64,000 nucleotides of DNA, taken from NCBI GenBank assembly GCA_051294375.1, contig CM119269.1, positions 8,119,225-8,183,224 on the forward strand, written 5' to 3'. The position numbers and the translations under genes are program-made. Numbering within the stretch: position 1 is the stretch's first letter; each line of letters starts with the position of its first letter. The notes beneath the pieces were generated by a model that did not search any database, was not told the origin of the DNA, and saw only the letters and a program-made list of their open reading frames with translations. Source of the DNA: Paraspadella gotoi (Eukaryota; Animalia; Chaetognatha). This document shows positions 1 to 21,931 of this stretch, one piece after another.

Positions 1-867
1 TGATAAGTCCTTTAACCAATCTACTAGCTTGTTAACGAAGAGCGAACCCAAATAAAAAAATCAAGGAGTTTTCCGTGCCAAGTCTAGTGTGTCGTGGTAG
101 ACTCCGGCGGAGCGCGTCCGGTCCGTGTAGTCAATGAAGATGAGTAGTATTTGTAGTAGAGTTAGGATTCAATGTGGACCAAGAAGGACACCCCGTATAA
201 CCTACCTTGAATTATTAACTTTTTTTCCTTTTTTCTCATCGATATCTGCAGGTGTGAAGAGTGCTAGAAGTCGGTTGCATCATTGTGTAGCGCGCAACAA
301 AATAATCTGGATGTACCAGACGAGGATTGGCGCGCCATGGTTAACGAAAACGCCGCTGAAGAAAAGGTGGAAGTTCCTCGTTTTTTTGTTTTGCGTTATT
401 AACGAATTGTTATCGTGCCAGTCCGAAATGAGAAAGTTATAGTAACGAATTGTATTCGATTAGTATACTAGAATTTAAATTACATCCAGACATGTTTACG
501 TAATTTTCCGCCAGAAGACTCACCCGCCTCATTTTATTGTTAAGATTCCTAATGGTAAGTAATTATGTGTGATTAAATATCAGTGAGGTTAGGATTTAGG
601 TTTGGATTAGGTTAGTGATCAAGGTTAAGGACTGTGATTATCTCTCTCCTGNNNNNNNNNNNNNNNNNNNNNNNNNTTTTTTTTATCTACAATTGCTTGC
701 ACGTCTTACTCAAGTGGTTCTGCCATAAAGATGTTTCTCCAATGTAAACTTTGGAATCCATTAATTTTAATAAACAGTTTTTTAAAAATTTCTTTCTTTC
801 TTTCTTTTTTTCTTTCTTTCTCGTATTTTGTTTACTCCTTCCTTTTCTCTCTCTTCTCTCTTCTCTC

Positions 868-920
<53 letters not shown>

Positions 921-1340
921 ATCTCTTCTCTCCTTTCCTCGCCGTGACTTTGACGCCAAGCATCTCCCTCTCCGATTTTGTTTACTATGAATGGATTGTT
1001 TATAACGTCGTCGGTCGAAGGGTTCGTAACTCGGTCAAGTTTTTTTTTCAAATAAAAGATGAATGTGACGTTCTATTGACTTTATTTTAAATATACTATA
1101 AGTATAAATGTTACCCGAACTATTTCGAATTCTCTCTCAAACGTTTTTCTTTTTTTTTTTAAATTCGATTCACTACGAAAAAAAAAGAAGGAAATGGTTG
1201 GGATTCTGTCTCATTAGCCATTTGTTTCCGGCCTCGATTCCCTAGAGATTCTTCGCGGAATCAATTCCCCGGCAAAGGCGGGCCGATCGTGAAACAACCG
1301 TTGTGCTGTAAACTCGTGGAGACGGATGCTGCATATGCCG

Positions 1341-1520
1341 GTGCTGCAAAAACATCGAATCGAATGCCGCAAATGCTCGAGCCGTAAAAGCAAAGACTTT
1401 GATTCTGTATATTCCGCGCTGCAAAAACATGGAATCTGAAGCAGCAGATGCTAATGCTGCAAAAGCAAAGACTTTGATTTTGTATATATCGTGCTGCAAA
1501 AGCATCGAATCTGAAGAGCT
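1341..1520. repeat. 75-bp tandem repeat, ~2.4 copies
   Basis: GCTGCAAAAACATCGAATC...AAAAGCAAAGACTTTGATT recurs with period 75. Confidence 0.75.
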
Positions 1521-3112
1521 GAAAAAGCCGCGCCTCTGATGCACTAAATGATGTACTTTAAAAACATCATATTTGATGCTGCATTTTTCTAAAAACATCG
1601 TTGCAGATAAATCAACCGTTGTGTTGCGGTTGTCGTTATTAAACTAAGCCACGATGTATGTTTCTCTGTTTCCTGACATGAGCGAAATTTCAATCTCTTT
1701 GGATGAAGTGTAATTATAATTTTAAAAGAAGTAACGAAAAATTGGACGACAAGTGAAACGCCAGAATCAACAGCAAATTTATCGGTAGATGAAACGGTAG
1801 ACGCAACAAGTAGATTGCCTCCGCCAACTGAAAACAGCGAACCGAAAAATACCTTCTCTCTTTTTCTCTCTCGTTCTTCAATTTTCCCGCGAAATTCTTT
1901 CAGCTCTTTCATTTTCTTTTTCAATTTTCCACATTGCACTTTTCTCCTTTCAATTTTCCACTGACAATTTTCCACTTTCCACTCTCAATGCCAACCTCCG
2001 GTCTTTCTTTTCATTTTTTTATAAGACGAGTAAGTATGTTTCTTGTTCTTCTTTCTAAGAAACAATAATTTTGTTCATGATATTTTGGATCGAAACCCAC
2101 CGCAAGATTCAGGAAGTTAAACATTCGTCGATCCCCACATATTGAGTTTACCAAACCGAACTAAAAATAATAGCTTAAGAAAAATTAATTAATTATTTAA
2201 TTAATTAATTAATTAATTAATTTTTGAAAAAAATCCATATTTAATTTTAATAAAAGTAAATATAATCTTCAGACTTTTATCGGTATCATGAACTAGTATG
2301 TACGTTAGATGAAACGACGGAATTCCTTTATTATTTTTTTTTATTGTTTGACGCACGAATTTTGGACGAGGAGAAAGACAATCTTTCTTAGAAGCAAAAA
2401 AGTTGAAAAAATTGAGGAATAAAAATAGAAATTTGAATAGAAAAAGGAAAAAGAAAACAGAGAAAAAGTTAAAAAATAGAAAGAGAAAAAAAAGTAGTAA
2501 TGAAAGGATCGAGGGATCAAAATTCCCGCTGACAATGGGGACCGGATATCGCGAAATAAACGTCCCACAGATAAAGGAAAATTTGACGTATTTTATTAAT
2601 TCACGAAGAATGACGAGAAATATAAGGAATTAAAAGCGAGATTTCTTTTATTATCATAGAATAAAGCACGAAAATACTTCTTTTCATTTTGTTTATAAAT
2701 GTCAAATGTCAAATTGTCAAATCTAAAATCGAAGTGATTAAGTGAGTAAAGTCTAAATGTCTCGATGCAGCTGCGAGTCGAAATAAAATCAAATTCCATT
2801 TCTCAATGCAATGCAATGCAATGCAATGAATGCAAGGCAATGAAATGCAATGCAATGCAATACTAACCGTCCGATGAAGCCCGGTGCAGCGCTGGTAAAT
2901 TCCACAGTGATTCAGATGCGTGAATTAAAATCAAACCCTCGGCACAGTGATTCGCCCCTCACACTTGATTTCTTTCTCCTTTCACATTTTCCCGATTTTC
3001 CATCAAAATCACGTGATTTTCGTGGGTTTTTTTTACGATTTTTTTTTTCGTCCTTCGTTTTTTTGTTTTCAATCTTCGACTCACGAACTCGTGACTCGTG
3101 ATCACAGCGACG

Positions 3113-11466
<8,354 letters not shown>

Positions 11467-11553
11467 AGAAGGGGGCGGGGAAAGAGAGGGGACTCTCTAC
11501 CATCGAAGAGGACGAGTTCAGTTGGAGAGGAAGATGAGCGAGTGAGATAGGAG

Positions 11554-11598
<45 letters not shown>

Positions 11599-11610
11599 GA
11601 GCGAGAGAAT

Positions 11611-11648
<38 letters not shown>

Positions 11649-13314
11649 TGGGACTGTTTTTCCTGTCAAATACTTTTTTTTTATCTTTACAATCCTCTGA
11701 TTTTGTTTGCACAATCAAGAAGTTAAAATATAAGAGAACAACAACAACAACAACAACTAAAGAAAAACAACAGAATCGATTTTTCAATCACTGATGCTTC
11801 CTTATTCTTTTTTCTCCGTCGAGAAAGAAAAAAATACTTTCCAATGTTTTCTTTTAAAAAAAAAATTTCTTTTCTTCGAAAAATAAATTTGTAGAAAAAA
11901 AAACTGGAGAAAATTAAATTATAAAATTCTATTTGTAGAAAACAAGTCTTTTTTTTTGCCAGTGGCGGCCAGCGACTTTTTAAACTAAATTTATAAAAAT
12001 AATTGTATTAAATTTTAATTCCAAAATATATATTTTTTCATTATTTGATAGATTTATGACGGAGTGTACGTATAATTGCAAATATTAAATTCGGAAATTT
12101 TTTTATAGAATAAATAAATGTATACAAAAATACGCATATAACGAGATTTTTCAAAGCCGCGACTTGAAAAACAAATCATGTTCTCTTCCTTTTCTTTCCT
12201 CCTTTTCTCCTTTCCTCTTTCCCCGTCGCCGACAGACAGAGAAAATGGACGATTCCATTTATCCCTTTTGTCACTGGATTTTTCTGTGGAATTTAAATAT
12301 TTCTCTCTCGATTTTCAAACGCGAATCGTCGCTCGAGTCTTCGACTATTGCTCATGCGCATGAGTGGATATTCTGTTTGAGAACTAGATAAAAGGAAAAA
12401 GTAGAAATCATCGCTTTAATTAAGGGATATTTCTATTTTTTTTTCTCTCGTTTTACAAACTTTATTAAAATCTTTTTTGTAAACTCAACTATAATTTTTT
12501 AAAAATATATTTTGTTTCCATTCTATACGATGCTAACCTTATTTTCTTTAAATATTTCCTTTGCTTTTCTTCCATCCTATATTTCTTTCCTTCCTCTCTT
12601 ATTTTTCTTTCCTTTCCTTTCCTTTCCTTTCCTTTCCAATATATCTTCCTTCCTCTCTTATTTTCTTTCTTTTCTTTTTCCTTTCTTTTCCTTCCTTCTT
12701 TCCTTTCCTTTCCTTTCCTTTCCTTTCCTTTTCCTTCCTTCCTTTCCTTTCCGTTCCTTTCCCTTTTTCTTATTCCTCCATTCTTCCCTTTCGCTTCCTT
12801 CCTTCCTTCCTTCCTTCCTTCCTTCCTTCTTACCTTCCTTCCTTCCCTTCTTTCTACCTTTCTTTCCTTCCCTCTCTGATTTGTTGACTTTTCCTTCTAC
12901 TGTTGATTCGTCAACAAAATCCCTTTTCCTCTGGTGAGAGAGAGTGAGTGAGTGTGAGATAGAAATGGCGATTGTCTGAGAGTGTGAGGGCGAAGGACAA
13001 AAGCGTGAGCCTAAAAAGGTAGGGTGAATCAAAGTATGTTTTTTTTTCAATTAAAGAAAGAGCGTGATCTAATAGATAACAAAGTAATTAGGTTGATCGT
13101 GATTTCGGTGTAGTTTATTGTGAAACAAAAAAAAATGTGGTCGAGTGATTTTCACAAGAGCGACAATGAAGGCGGAATAAAAAAAAGGGGAGAGAGGTGA
13201 AAGAAAAGAGCGGGGTGGGGGATGAGGACGAGCAGCCGCGTTTATTGCTTGGCATTTGGTGAATCGAGCTTGCTTTTCTGGCTTCCGCCTCTGAGCGATT
13301 GCCGAGGCGGAGAT

Positions 13315-13367
<53 letters not shown>

Positions 13368-13825
13368 GAGAGAGAGAGAAGAGAGAGGAGAACAGAGATG
13401 AGAGTATTACAATCTGTGTTGCTGTTTAATCACATGGAAAGACAATAATGCGGAAGATAGCGAAATATATGATTGCCAAAGTAGAGCTCACATACGAAGC
13501 TGATTAGATTAAAAAAAGAAAACAATAAGTCGATGTAAGAATTGACAAAAAATAATAAGAAAGTATAGCTCAGTATATTGTAACAGTTAATTGTAAATTA
13601 GATACATTTGTAAACTAAGATTCGATTCGTTTCTTTGTTATGTTAATCACCAACTCACAGACGTTGATCGACGCTAAAGGAAACAAAAAGCCTCTGTGAT
13701 TAACAGTCAAGTAAAAAGAGTATTATGAATAGTGATATAAACAATTAACAATTTAACAAATATGCTACCCAACAAACAATTCTTATCGAAAGAATTTGTC
13801 AATCGACAAAGTTATCACTCAATAA

Positions 13826-13941
<116 letters not shown>

Positions 13942-15136
13942 TCTAGTACCTCTTATCTCTTATCTCCCGACTCGTGGCATCAAAATGTTCCGTTGGGTGA
14001 CGCTTTTCAATTCCGTCAACAAAGTAACTCGACTGTGTCAAGTATGAATCTTATATGTTATGTCCTCACGATTGTGAACTCATCCAAGTGGAACTGAATA
14101 CGAGATTTTAAATCGCGTGTGAAAACAAATCTTTTCATAAATTGAAACAAGGGCGTGAAACTAAGTGGATTCTCGTGTTTAAGCTTTATTGATTGAGATT
14201 TGTACTAAGCGTAATTTGAACAACATACATTATTGTAAATCGACCATGAATACAATATAATTTTGGTTTACATCTTCTTTAATTTAGGTCTAAATTTCTA
14301 AATCTATATTACTAATCAGTCGGTCTTAAAATTTTAAAGGAAAATGAACGTGTCTTTAGTATTAAATAACAATTAAATCTAAGCATTAAACATTGACATT
14401 AAAATTTAATATAATTATTAAACAAATTACGGCCATGTTAAAAAAAAATTGTCGGCGTTATAATCGTTTTATGTAATGCATTTCCGACGAGTTATTTTAT
14501 TTCTGAGTTTTTATTTCGTTATTTCGTTTTTTTATCGTCGATGGTCCTTTTGTTTACTCTAAAAATAAAATACAAACAAAACTGGAAAAACATTGTTAAA
14601 AAAGAAAAAAAAATTCTAGACGCTATAACGTAATTTCTGTTATTTTTCTCGTCGATAAAAATAATTCGTATTTGAGCCCAAAAAAGATAAAATAAGAAGA
14701 TAAAAAGTCGATGAGAAAAATGGGAATGTGGAAAATGAGGGACCAGCATTTTTGGACTCTTTTTTTATGACAAAAAGTCACGTCGTGTCTTCGAAAAAAA
14801 AAGCCGGAAAAAGGAGCGTGTTTGTTTGTGTAAACTTGTTTTAGAAAAGAAGTTAAATAATAGAAAATATTTATCCTAAGGCGACTTGAAAAAAACTCAG
14901 ACATTTCCTCAATTTTTTTCTGTTTTTATTATTTTTTTATTCTTATTTGTTTTTCTTTGGCCTGTTCGAGATTTATTGTTTCTAATCTTCAAATCCGTAT
15001 TTTTATTTCAAATCTTTAACGTCTTGTTTTTTTTTCAGATTCAAAATTGTTGAAGACGAAAAAAAAATGAAGCCAAAACTAGAAAGTTGGAATTCGATTC
15101 GCGTCGAAAGATGAAATTCCGATTCAGTTTTAAACG

Positions 15137-15167
<31 letters not shown>

Positions 15168-15488
15168 CGACGACGACGACGACGGAAGAAGAACCGTTGA
15201 AATCAAAAATTCTACAATCAAACCGATCTTATATAAAAAAAAAAACAAGAAAGAAAAGTTTATAAAACTCAAACAAAAAAAGAAAACATTTCCAATGTAC
15301 ACACACACACACACAAAAAAAAACTGTGAATAACGAAAGAGTAAAAAAAAAATCACTGTGATCACCAATAATTCCCATTCTGGACAAAAAAGATCCTCAC
15401 CGGCCGGTGATTTTCTCAATCAAAAAAAAAACAAAAACCTTTCCCATCTTACTTACCTCCACTGAACCCACCCTCCCTCTTTCCAACC

Positions 15489-15992
15489 ATGACCAACTTG
15501 GACCCCACCCTCCCACTCCCCGACTCCACCTCCGTCCCTCAACCCACCCCCGCTCTCAACCACGAGTGCCACTACAACGCCCTCACCTTTTGGCTGTGGG
15601 GCGTGGCCGGAAACGCCCTCTGCGCCACGGGACTCGTGGGCAACGCGTTGACGCTGTTCGTGTTGACGCGAATGACGCCGAAGACGTCGGTGATCCTCTT
15701 CATCGGCGCCGTCTGCGTCTCCGACACGATCGTTCTCTTCTTCTCCACGGTCACCGTTTTGTCCAACGCCGCTTTTGGGTGAGTCAATGGGGAAGGTGAG
15801 GGAAGTGAACGGGGGGGAAATAGAAGGTAAGGTTATGTGGGATGGAGTCGCTATCGTCGTTTACGTTATTATCATTATCATATTCATCATTGAAATTATC
15901 ATCGTTATGATAATGTTTAATCATTAATCTTCATATCATCGTCAATATAATGGTAATATCATCGTTATCATTAACGTCATGATCATCATCAT

Positions 15993-16040
<48 letters not shown>

Positions 16041-18718
16041 TTTTCAAAATTAATCCCCTTTCTCTTTCATATCCCATTCCCCTCCCACTTTTCTCCCAAC
16101 CCTCCCCCCAATCTTTTTTTCCCCAGCTACATGGAACGGAACCGTGACTACGTCAACAACATCAACAAAGGCTACGCCGCCTTTTATTATTTGTCGGAGG
16201 TTTTTCGTTACTTCAACACTTACATGACGGTCGCTCTTTGCGTGGACCGTTACATCTCCGTGTGTCACACGCAAAAGGCGCAGGTGAGAGTCATCGTTAC
16301 CGTCATCTTGATATAATAATCGTTATCATCGTCAGCGTCGTCATCATCAGCGTCATTATCCTAATAGTTATTATCATTATCATCGTTGTGACAAGTAAAG
16401 ATCATCGTAATTTTTATCATTTCGTCATCGTAACATACGTAGTTATAAATATTATTATATATATAGTAAATAATCACCTCATCATGAAATATTAATTAAA
16501 TATCAATAATGCGAGACAATGATAATCGATCATTGAAATGTCCATTGACGCGAATTCCGCGCCAACGATCATCATCATCATCACCCTCATCGTCATCATA
16601 ATCATCATCATCATCTAAATCATTATCATAATCATCATCATCATCATCATCATTATCATCCCTCCTCCTCCTCCTCCTCCTCCTCCTCCTCCTTATCAGG
16701 ACATGAACACCAAGAAGCGCGCAGCCATCGTCATCACCGCCATCTTCGTCATCGACGCCGTCTTCAACATCCCCAAGATGTTCGAGTACACGTGGGAGAT
16801 GGACGACCCGTTGGTCTCCGACTGCGTCGTCACCAACGAGACGGAGCTGGCCGACTCCGACAGTTACAGAACAGTTTATCTGTGAGCGAAAATATAAATT
16901 GAAAATCAGAGAATTTATATATATAAAACATATGAAACGAATGTTTTTGATTTGATTTGTAGATTGATTGATCGATTGGTTGATTGATTTAATTATTAAT
17001 TTATCTGTATATATATTTAACTGATAGATTAATTAATTAATTTCTCTTTGAGGTCATTTTCACAGTTATTTTCTGTATTTATCGATTGATTAATATTTTT
17101 TTTTCATTATTAAATGTACGTATTTATTTGCTAAAGTATTTATTTATTGATTAAATCATTTATTTGCTAAAAGCCTTCACTACTTCCACTCAGGATGCTC
17201 TTCGACGGTCTTCTCGGTTTCATCCTTCCTTTCTTCACGATGCTCGTCCTCACGATTCTCACGATCCTCACCCTCAGAAAATCCTCCTTCCAAGGTCTGG
17301 CCGAGCAGCAGCGCAAACGCACCCTGCGCGCCACCACGCGGGTCACTTGGATGTGCGTCGCCGTCGTCATAGTCTACCTCGTCTGCCAGGTGCCGATTTG
17401 TTTTTTTTTGGAATTGGGTGGTGGAGGTGCCGATCGGGAGAGAGAGGAAGGAGCAGGGCGTTAACCCGGAGGTCTTTTTAGAAAATCAGGCAGTGTGTGG
17501 AGGTAGCCGATAGCAGGTGTATCTAGAGAAATAGAAGATGTTGTGGCGAATACTAAATTCGTATAGCTTGGTGAAACTCAGCTCGTCCCATTGGCTTGGA
17601 CAGCTAAGTACTCGTTCACCAACCGTGAGTTCCTGGTTCAATCCCCTCACCGTCACGCTCGTTAAAGTGTGATGGTGTCGGCATAAACATTAAACATGCC
17701 AGTGGGGTGGTCATTAATAAGATTATTTGAGGAGCAATGAAGGTGAATGAACTTCCTTTTCTGCGATTCCAGATTCGGAAAATAGGATAAAGGAAGGAGA
17801 TTTTTGCTGATTGCCGATCCCTGTTTGCTGGTTGCTGATTGCCGAATAAAACGGCAGAGAAACTGAAGGATAAGGGAAGGAAGGAAAGGAAAAAAGAAAG
17901 GAAAGTAAAAAGGAAGAAGGGATGAAGGAGAGATAAAAAGGTAATAAAAGAAAAGAATTAGAAAGAAGGAATTGAACCGTTGCAGGATTTCCCGATTAAA
18001 AAAAAAAAAAAGGGAAAAAGAAAGAAATTAACGATTTGATGAACAAAAAAGGAAAAATTAGAGATGAAGTCGATTATAAAAATAAAAGAAAATATAAGGC
18101 GAATTTAGAATAGAAACTTGTGTTTTTTTTTCTTCTTATTTTCTACTTTTTTTTTTTAACAATAATTTTTTGTTTTTCTCATTCCTCATTTCTCATTCTT
18201 CCTCGTTTACTAATATTTTCTCGTTTCCGTACCTTACCTCTGTACTTTTCCCGACACCATTTAACTTACTCTTTTTCCACTGCAGCTCCCCGTCGTTGCC
18301 ATCTACATCTCGATCGCCTTCAGCGACGACTTTATCGCCACGCCTCAAGGTAAGTTCGATTTAGAAAGTGCAAGGTCTTTAGCATTACCAAATTAAAAAA
18401 AATTATAAAAATAACTGACTCTATTCGAAATAAAAACAAATAACTAAATACAAAAAATAGAGGAAAACTAAATATAATTTTTTTCGCCATTTTTCATTTG
18501 AAGTAACAATATTTTTTGGCCTGTAACTTCTAAACAATTTGACCTAAAAAAAATAGAAAGAAGTTACTGAAAGAAAATTCAATGTAGATCCGGAAACATT
18601 CTTATTTTTTTTAAATCAAACAAGTTTTCGAATAAATATGCTTTATTAAAAATGTTATATACTTTTTTCCTAGATAGTATTTACCGAAAAATATCTATAT
18701 CATAGCTTTAAAACTATT

Positions 18719-18758
<40 letters not shown>

Positions 18759-19836
18759 CTCTCCCTCCCCCCAAAGGCCACGCCCTCCACCGCGTCTCCG
18801 TCTTCCTCATCCTCGTGAACTCCTCCGTCAACTTCGTCATCTACTGCCTCATATCCCCCAATTTCCGCAAAGTCTTCGTCAAGGTGGTCGTCTGCGAATG
18901 CATGCAGTATCGACCCGTGGCGCTGGACGAGGCCTCTCAGTCGGGTGAGGAAGAGGGGATGTGGAGGTGGTTGGGGTGAGGATGGGGTGTGGAGGGGGTT
19001 GAGATGGGTGGTTAAAGATGAGATAGGGGCAAGTCGGGTGTGTGTACGAAATTTTTTCCTGGTTGCGATGCCTCGGGGGGGGGGAGGGGGATCAAGAGTT
19101 TTTCGTCACTGTTATAGATCTGACTCAATAGGAAGTCCGTCTGTCTGTCTGAGCTACAGCTCTGTCTCGGAAATTTAAGTGTGTCTGTCTGTCTTTCAGT
19201 CTGCCTGTCTGTCTGTCTGTTTGTCTTTCGCGCACTTTCTCTCTTTAAAAAAAAAAGGAAAATTATAAAGTAAAAATAGAAAGAATTACAGCGAGAGATT
19301 TCTGTTGATAATTACCGAGATTTTCGAAACCTAAACTCTAATTTGTAGGTTACAGAAAATTTTCTTTGCGTAATAGTAAAAAAAAAAGGCTTGAAAGAAA
19401 ACACGTATAAAGTCTAAAGTTAACTTGGCAGATAATTCAAACCATTTCTCAGGCTTTGAGTTTTTTTGACGGGGGGGGGGAAGAATTTTGTGTTTTTATT
19501 CTCGATCACGAATTTAAAGATTTTTTTTTTTCCACGCTAATTCACGTCTTTTTTAAAACAAGAGTGGCTGCATTTAAAAAAAAAATCTAAAATATATTTA
19601 GACAGAAATAGAACCACAATTAAACAGCGAAGTTTAGTTTTGCTTTTCCTTTTCAGTATTTAAACAATTAGAGCAAAAGAGACAAAGAGGAAATTTTTAC
19701 AAACATTTTCTCTAAATTCTTTGCGGGATGGCTCATTCTTCACAGTAAATTTGTCATCTTTTAAAGCGAATCGATCTTAACTTTTTAAAGCTCGATACAA
19801 AGAAACATTGAAACGATATCTCGTTTCAATGTTTAG

Positions 19837-19900
<64 letters not shown>

Positions 19901-20977
19901 AAACTAAAAGAAACAAGAAAAAGTGCTCTCACTGTTTACAAATCGATTTTTAACCGCCCTTTCCTTTACATTTATCAAGTTTACTCGAAAAGCTACAAAC
20001 ACAAAACACGCATTACGACTGTAACATAAAATGTGCATTCGGTAAGAAGACATCGGCTTCTCGCATGGGACGTCAAACATTTAAAAATGTTTTGAGCTAA
20101 ATCTTAACAAAAGTTATTTGAAAATTACTCGGTTCACAAGAAACGTTTTTTTTTCTCAAAACTTGACGTGAAATTGTTTTCTTCGCCATGTTGCATTAGA
20201 TTTTTGCATGATTTGAGATTTACTTTTGGTTTTCGAAATGGATTTCAAGTTTCTATCAGTATTCTGTTTCTACGCATGTTTAAAACATTCAAATTAGTTA
20301 ATGGTCCTTTCGTTTTTTTTTTTTTTTTTCGATTTAAGTAAAATAAAATAAAATAACAGGTTCAAACGGCTGAAGTAATATTTTGCTTAATTTAAAGTTA
20401 TTAATTCAAAAATAAAATTCAAAATTAAATCTCTTTCAAAGCTTTAAGATTCTCTCTCATAAGTTTCTCTTTGCTAACTAACTACTTATAGTAACTTTTT
20501 CCTTTCTTGCTTCCATACGAAGGACTGACCATTGGTTCGTGACGAAGCGACCCTGACTTTTATTTACCGCCTAAACTGATTAAATTTAACAAATGTATAT
20601 ATGATAGCAATCTTTTTCTCGACTTTGAAATTAAATCCTAACTGGTACTATATTTATGTACATGAAATATTATTAAATTATTATTAAATAATTAATCTCT
20701 CCATCCAGGCGTGACGATCCGAAGTCGTCTCAGCCGAACTCTCTCGCGAAATTCATCCCTGGAGAAAAACCGACCGGTTTTGCTCAACCGTCGCCCGCAA
20801 GGCACGACGGCCGAGACGGACGCTGGAGAGACGGAGAAGCCCCTGACGGCCGACGACACGCCCCTGACGGTCATCAACGAAAACGGACATTTTCTGCCGG
20901 AAAAAAAGGAGAGAGAGGAGGAGGAGGAGGAGGAGGGAAAGAAGGAAGGAGTTTGGAGAAAGGAAACGACGGTATGA
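15489..20977 (+). CDS. Class A GPCR, FMRFamide-receptor-like, paralog 2 (7 exons)
   Basis: Exons 15489-15778, 16127-16283, 16700-16881, 17194-17389, 18286-18349, 18777-18944 and 20709-20977 have consistent phases. Motifs: GLVGN (TM1), VSD (TM2), CVDRYISVCH (TM3), FNIPKMFEY (TM4), FILPF (TM5), VYLVCQLP (TM6), NSSVNFVIYCLISPNFRK (TM7/H8). Confidence 0.92.
17585..17720 (+). mobile_element. tRNA-derived SINE-like element
   Basis: A-box-like TGGCTTGGACAG at 17592 and B-box GGTTCAATCCC at 17635, followed by a non-tRNA body. Confidence 0.4.
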
Positions 20978-21540
20978 ACTACAGCGGGAGACGGATGAAA
21001 CGACTTTTCAATCAAAAAAAAAAATATATATATAAATTAAGTTGAGAAAAATTCGCTAACTTACCCCTGCCGGGTCTCGGGGCTCGGGGCTCGGAGCGTT
21101 CCAGTTCCTTACCCTTTCATTGTAGACTCATCGAGTTCTTTACCCGATTGTCAATCTAACATTATTTGGAAATTGCCACAACTCTCACAACCCATCCAAT
21201 TCGTTTTATTCGCGTTTAACTGTATCTTTCGTATTCATTTTGTCAGATAAGTTCATTTTAGTTTCGGATTTTGTTCATTTTGTCTTATTTTTTCCTTTTT
21301 CATTTTGGCATTTGTACTAATCATTAGTATTTTTGTTCGCGCGGTTATTGTGTCTCATTTTTTTTTTCAACCCTCGATCCTCCTTTCACCAGGAGAGTCA
21401 AAAACTGAACCAGTAATTAACGATTATTAACTTAACGATATTAAAACGATTAGTCAATTACTCAAAATGTGCCATCGGCCTCGAATTGACGGGCGCCGGG
21501 ACTGACAGCGCCCCTATTTAGACTGAACCAATAAACGGGA

Positions 21541-21572
<32 letters not shown>

Positions 21573-21931
21573 TGCAGGATTTTGATGAGATTAGAGAAAA
21601 AAAGAGAAACCGGATTGAAACTGATTAAGAAAAAAGAAAGAGAATCGAATGAGAAAACAGAAAAGAAAAACAACAACAACAACAACAACCAAAGCACGAA
21701 AAAAGAGTAAATTCTCTCAGATTCTTTTATTCTTCGTCCGAAAATCGAGATGCTCGTCGACGATCCTCTCCGCCTCGTGGAGAACAACAACGACAACAAC
21801 GACAACAACGATAACAACCGCCCAAAAAATACCAACGATCCCATCCAAAAAATTCGAATTCTTTTTAAACCTCAAAGTTCGGCTTTAATTTACACTCGGC
21901 CGTTTATTTAAATAAAATAAACTTCGTCGCC

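Noticed and set aside
60-442. Exon-like fragments at the window start (ORF 134-442, acceptor at ~250)
   Set aside because: No consistent frame or recognisable product on either strand.
1242-1975. Two minus-strand ORFs with a 25-aa repeat
   Set aside because: Explained by the 75-bp tandem repeat; no recognisable domain or splice context.
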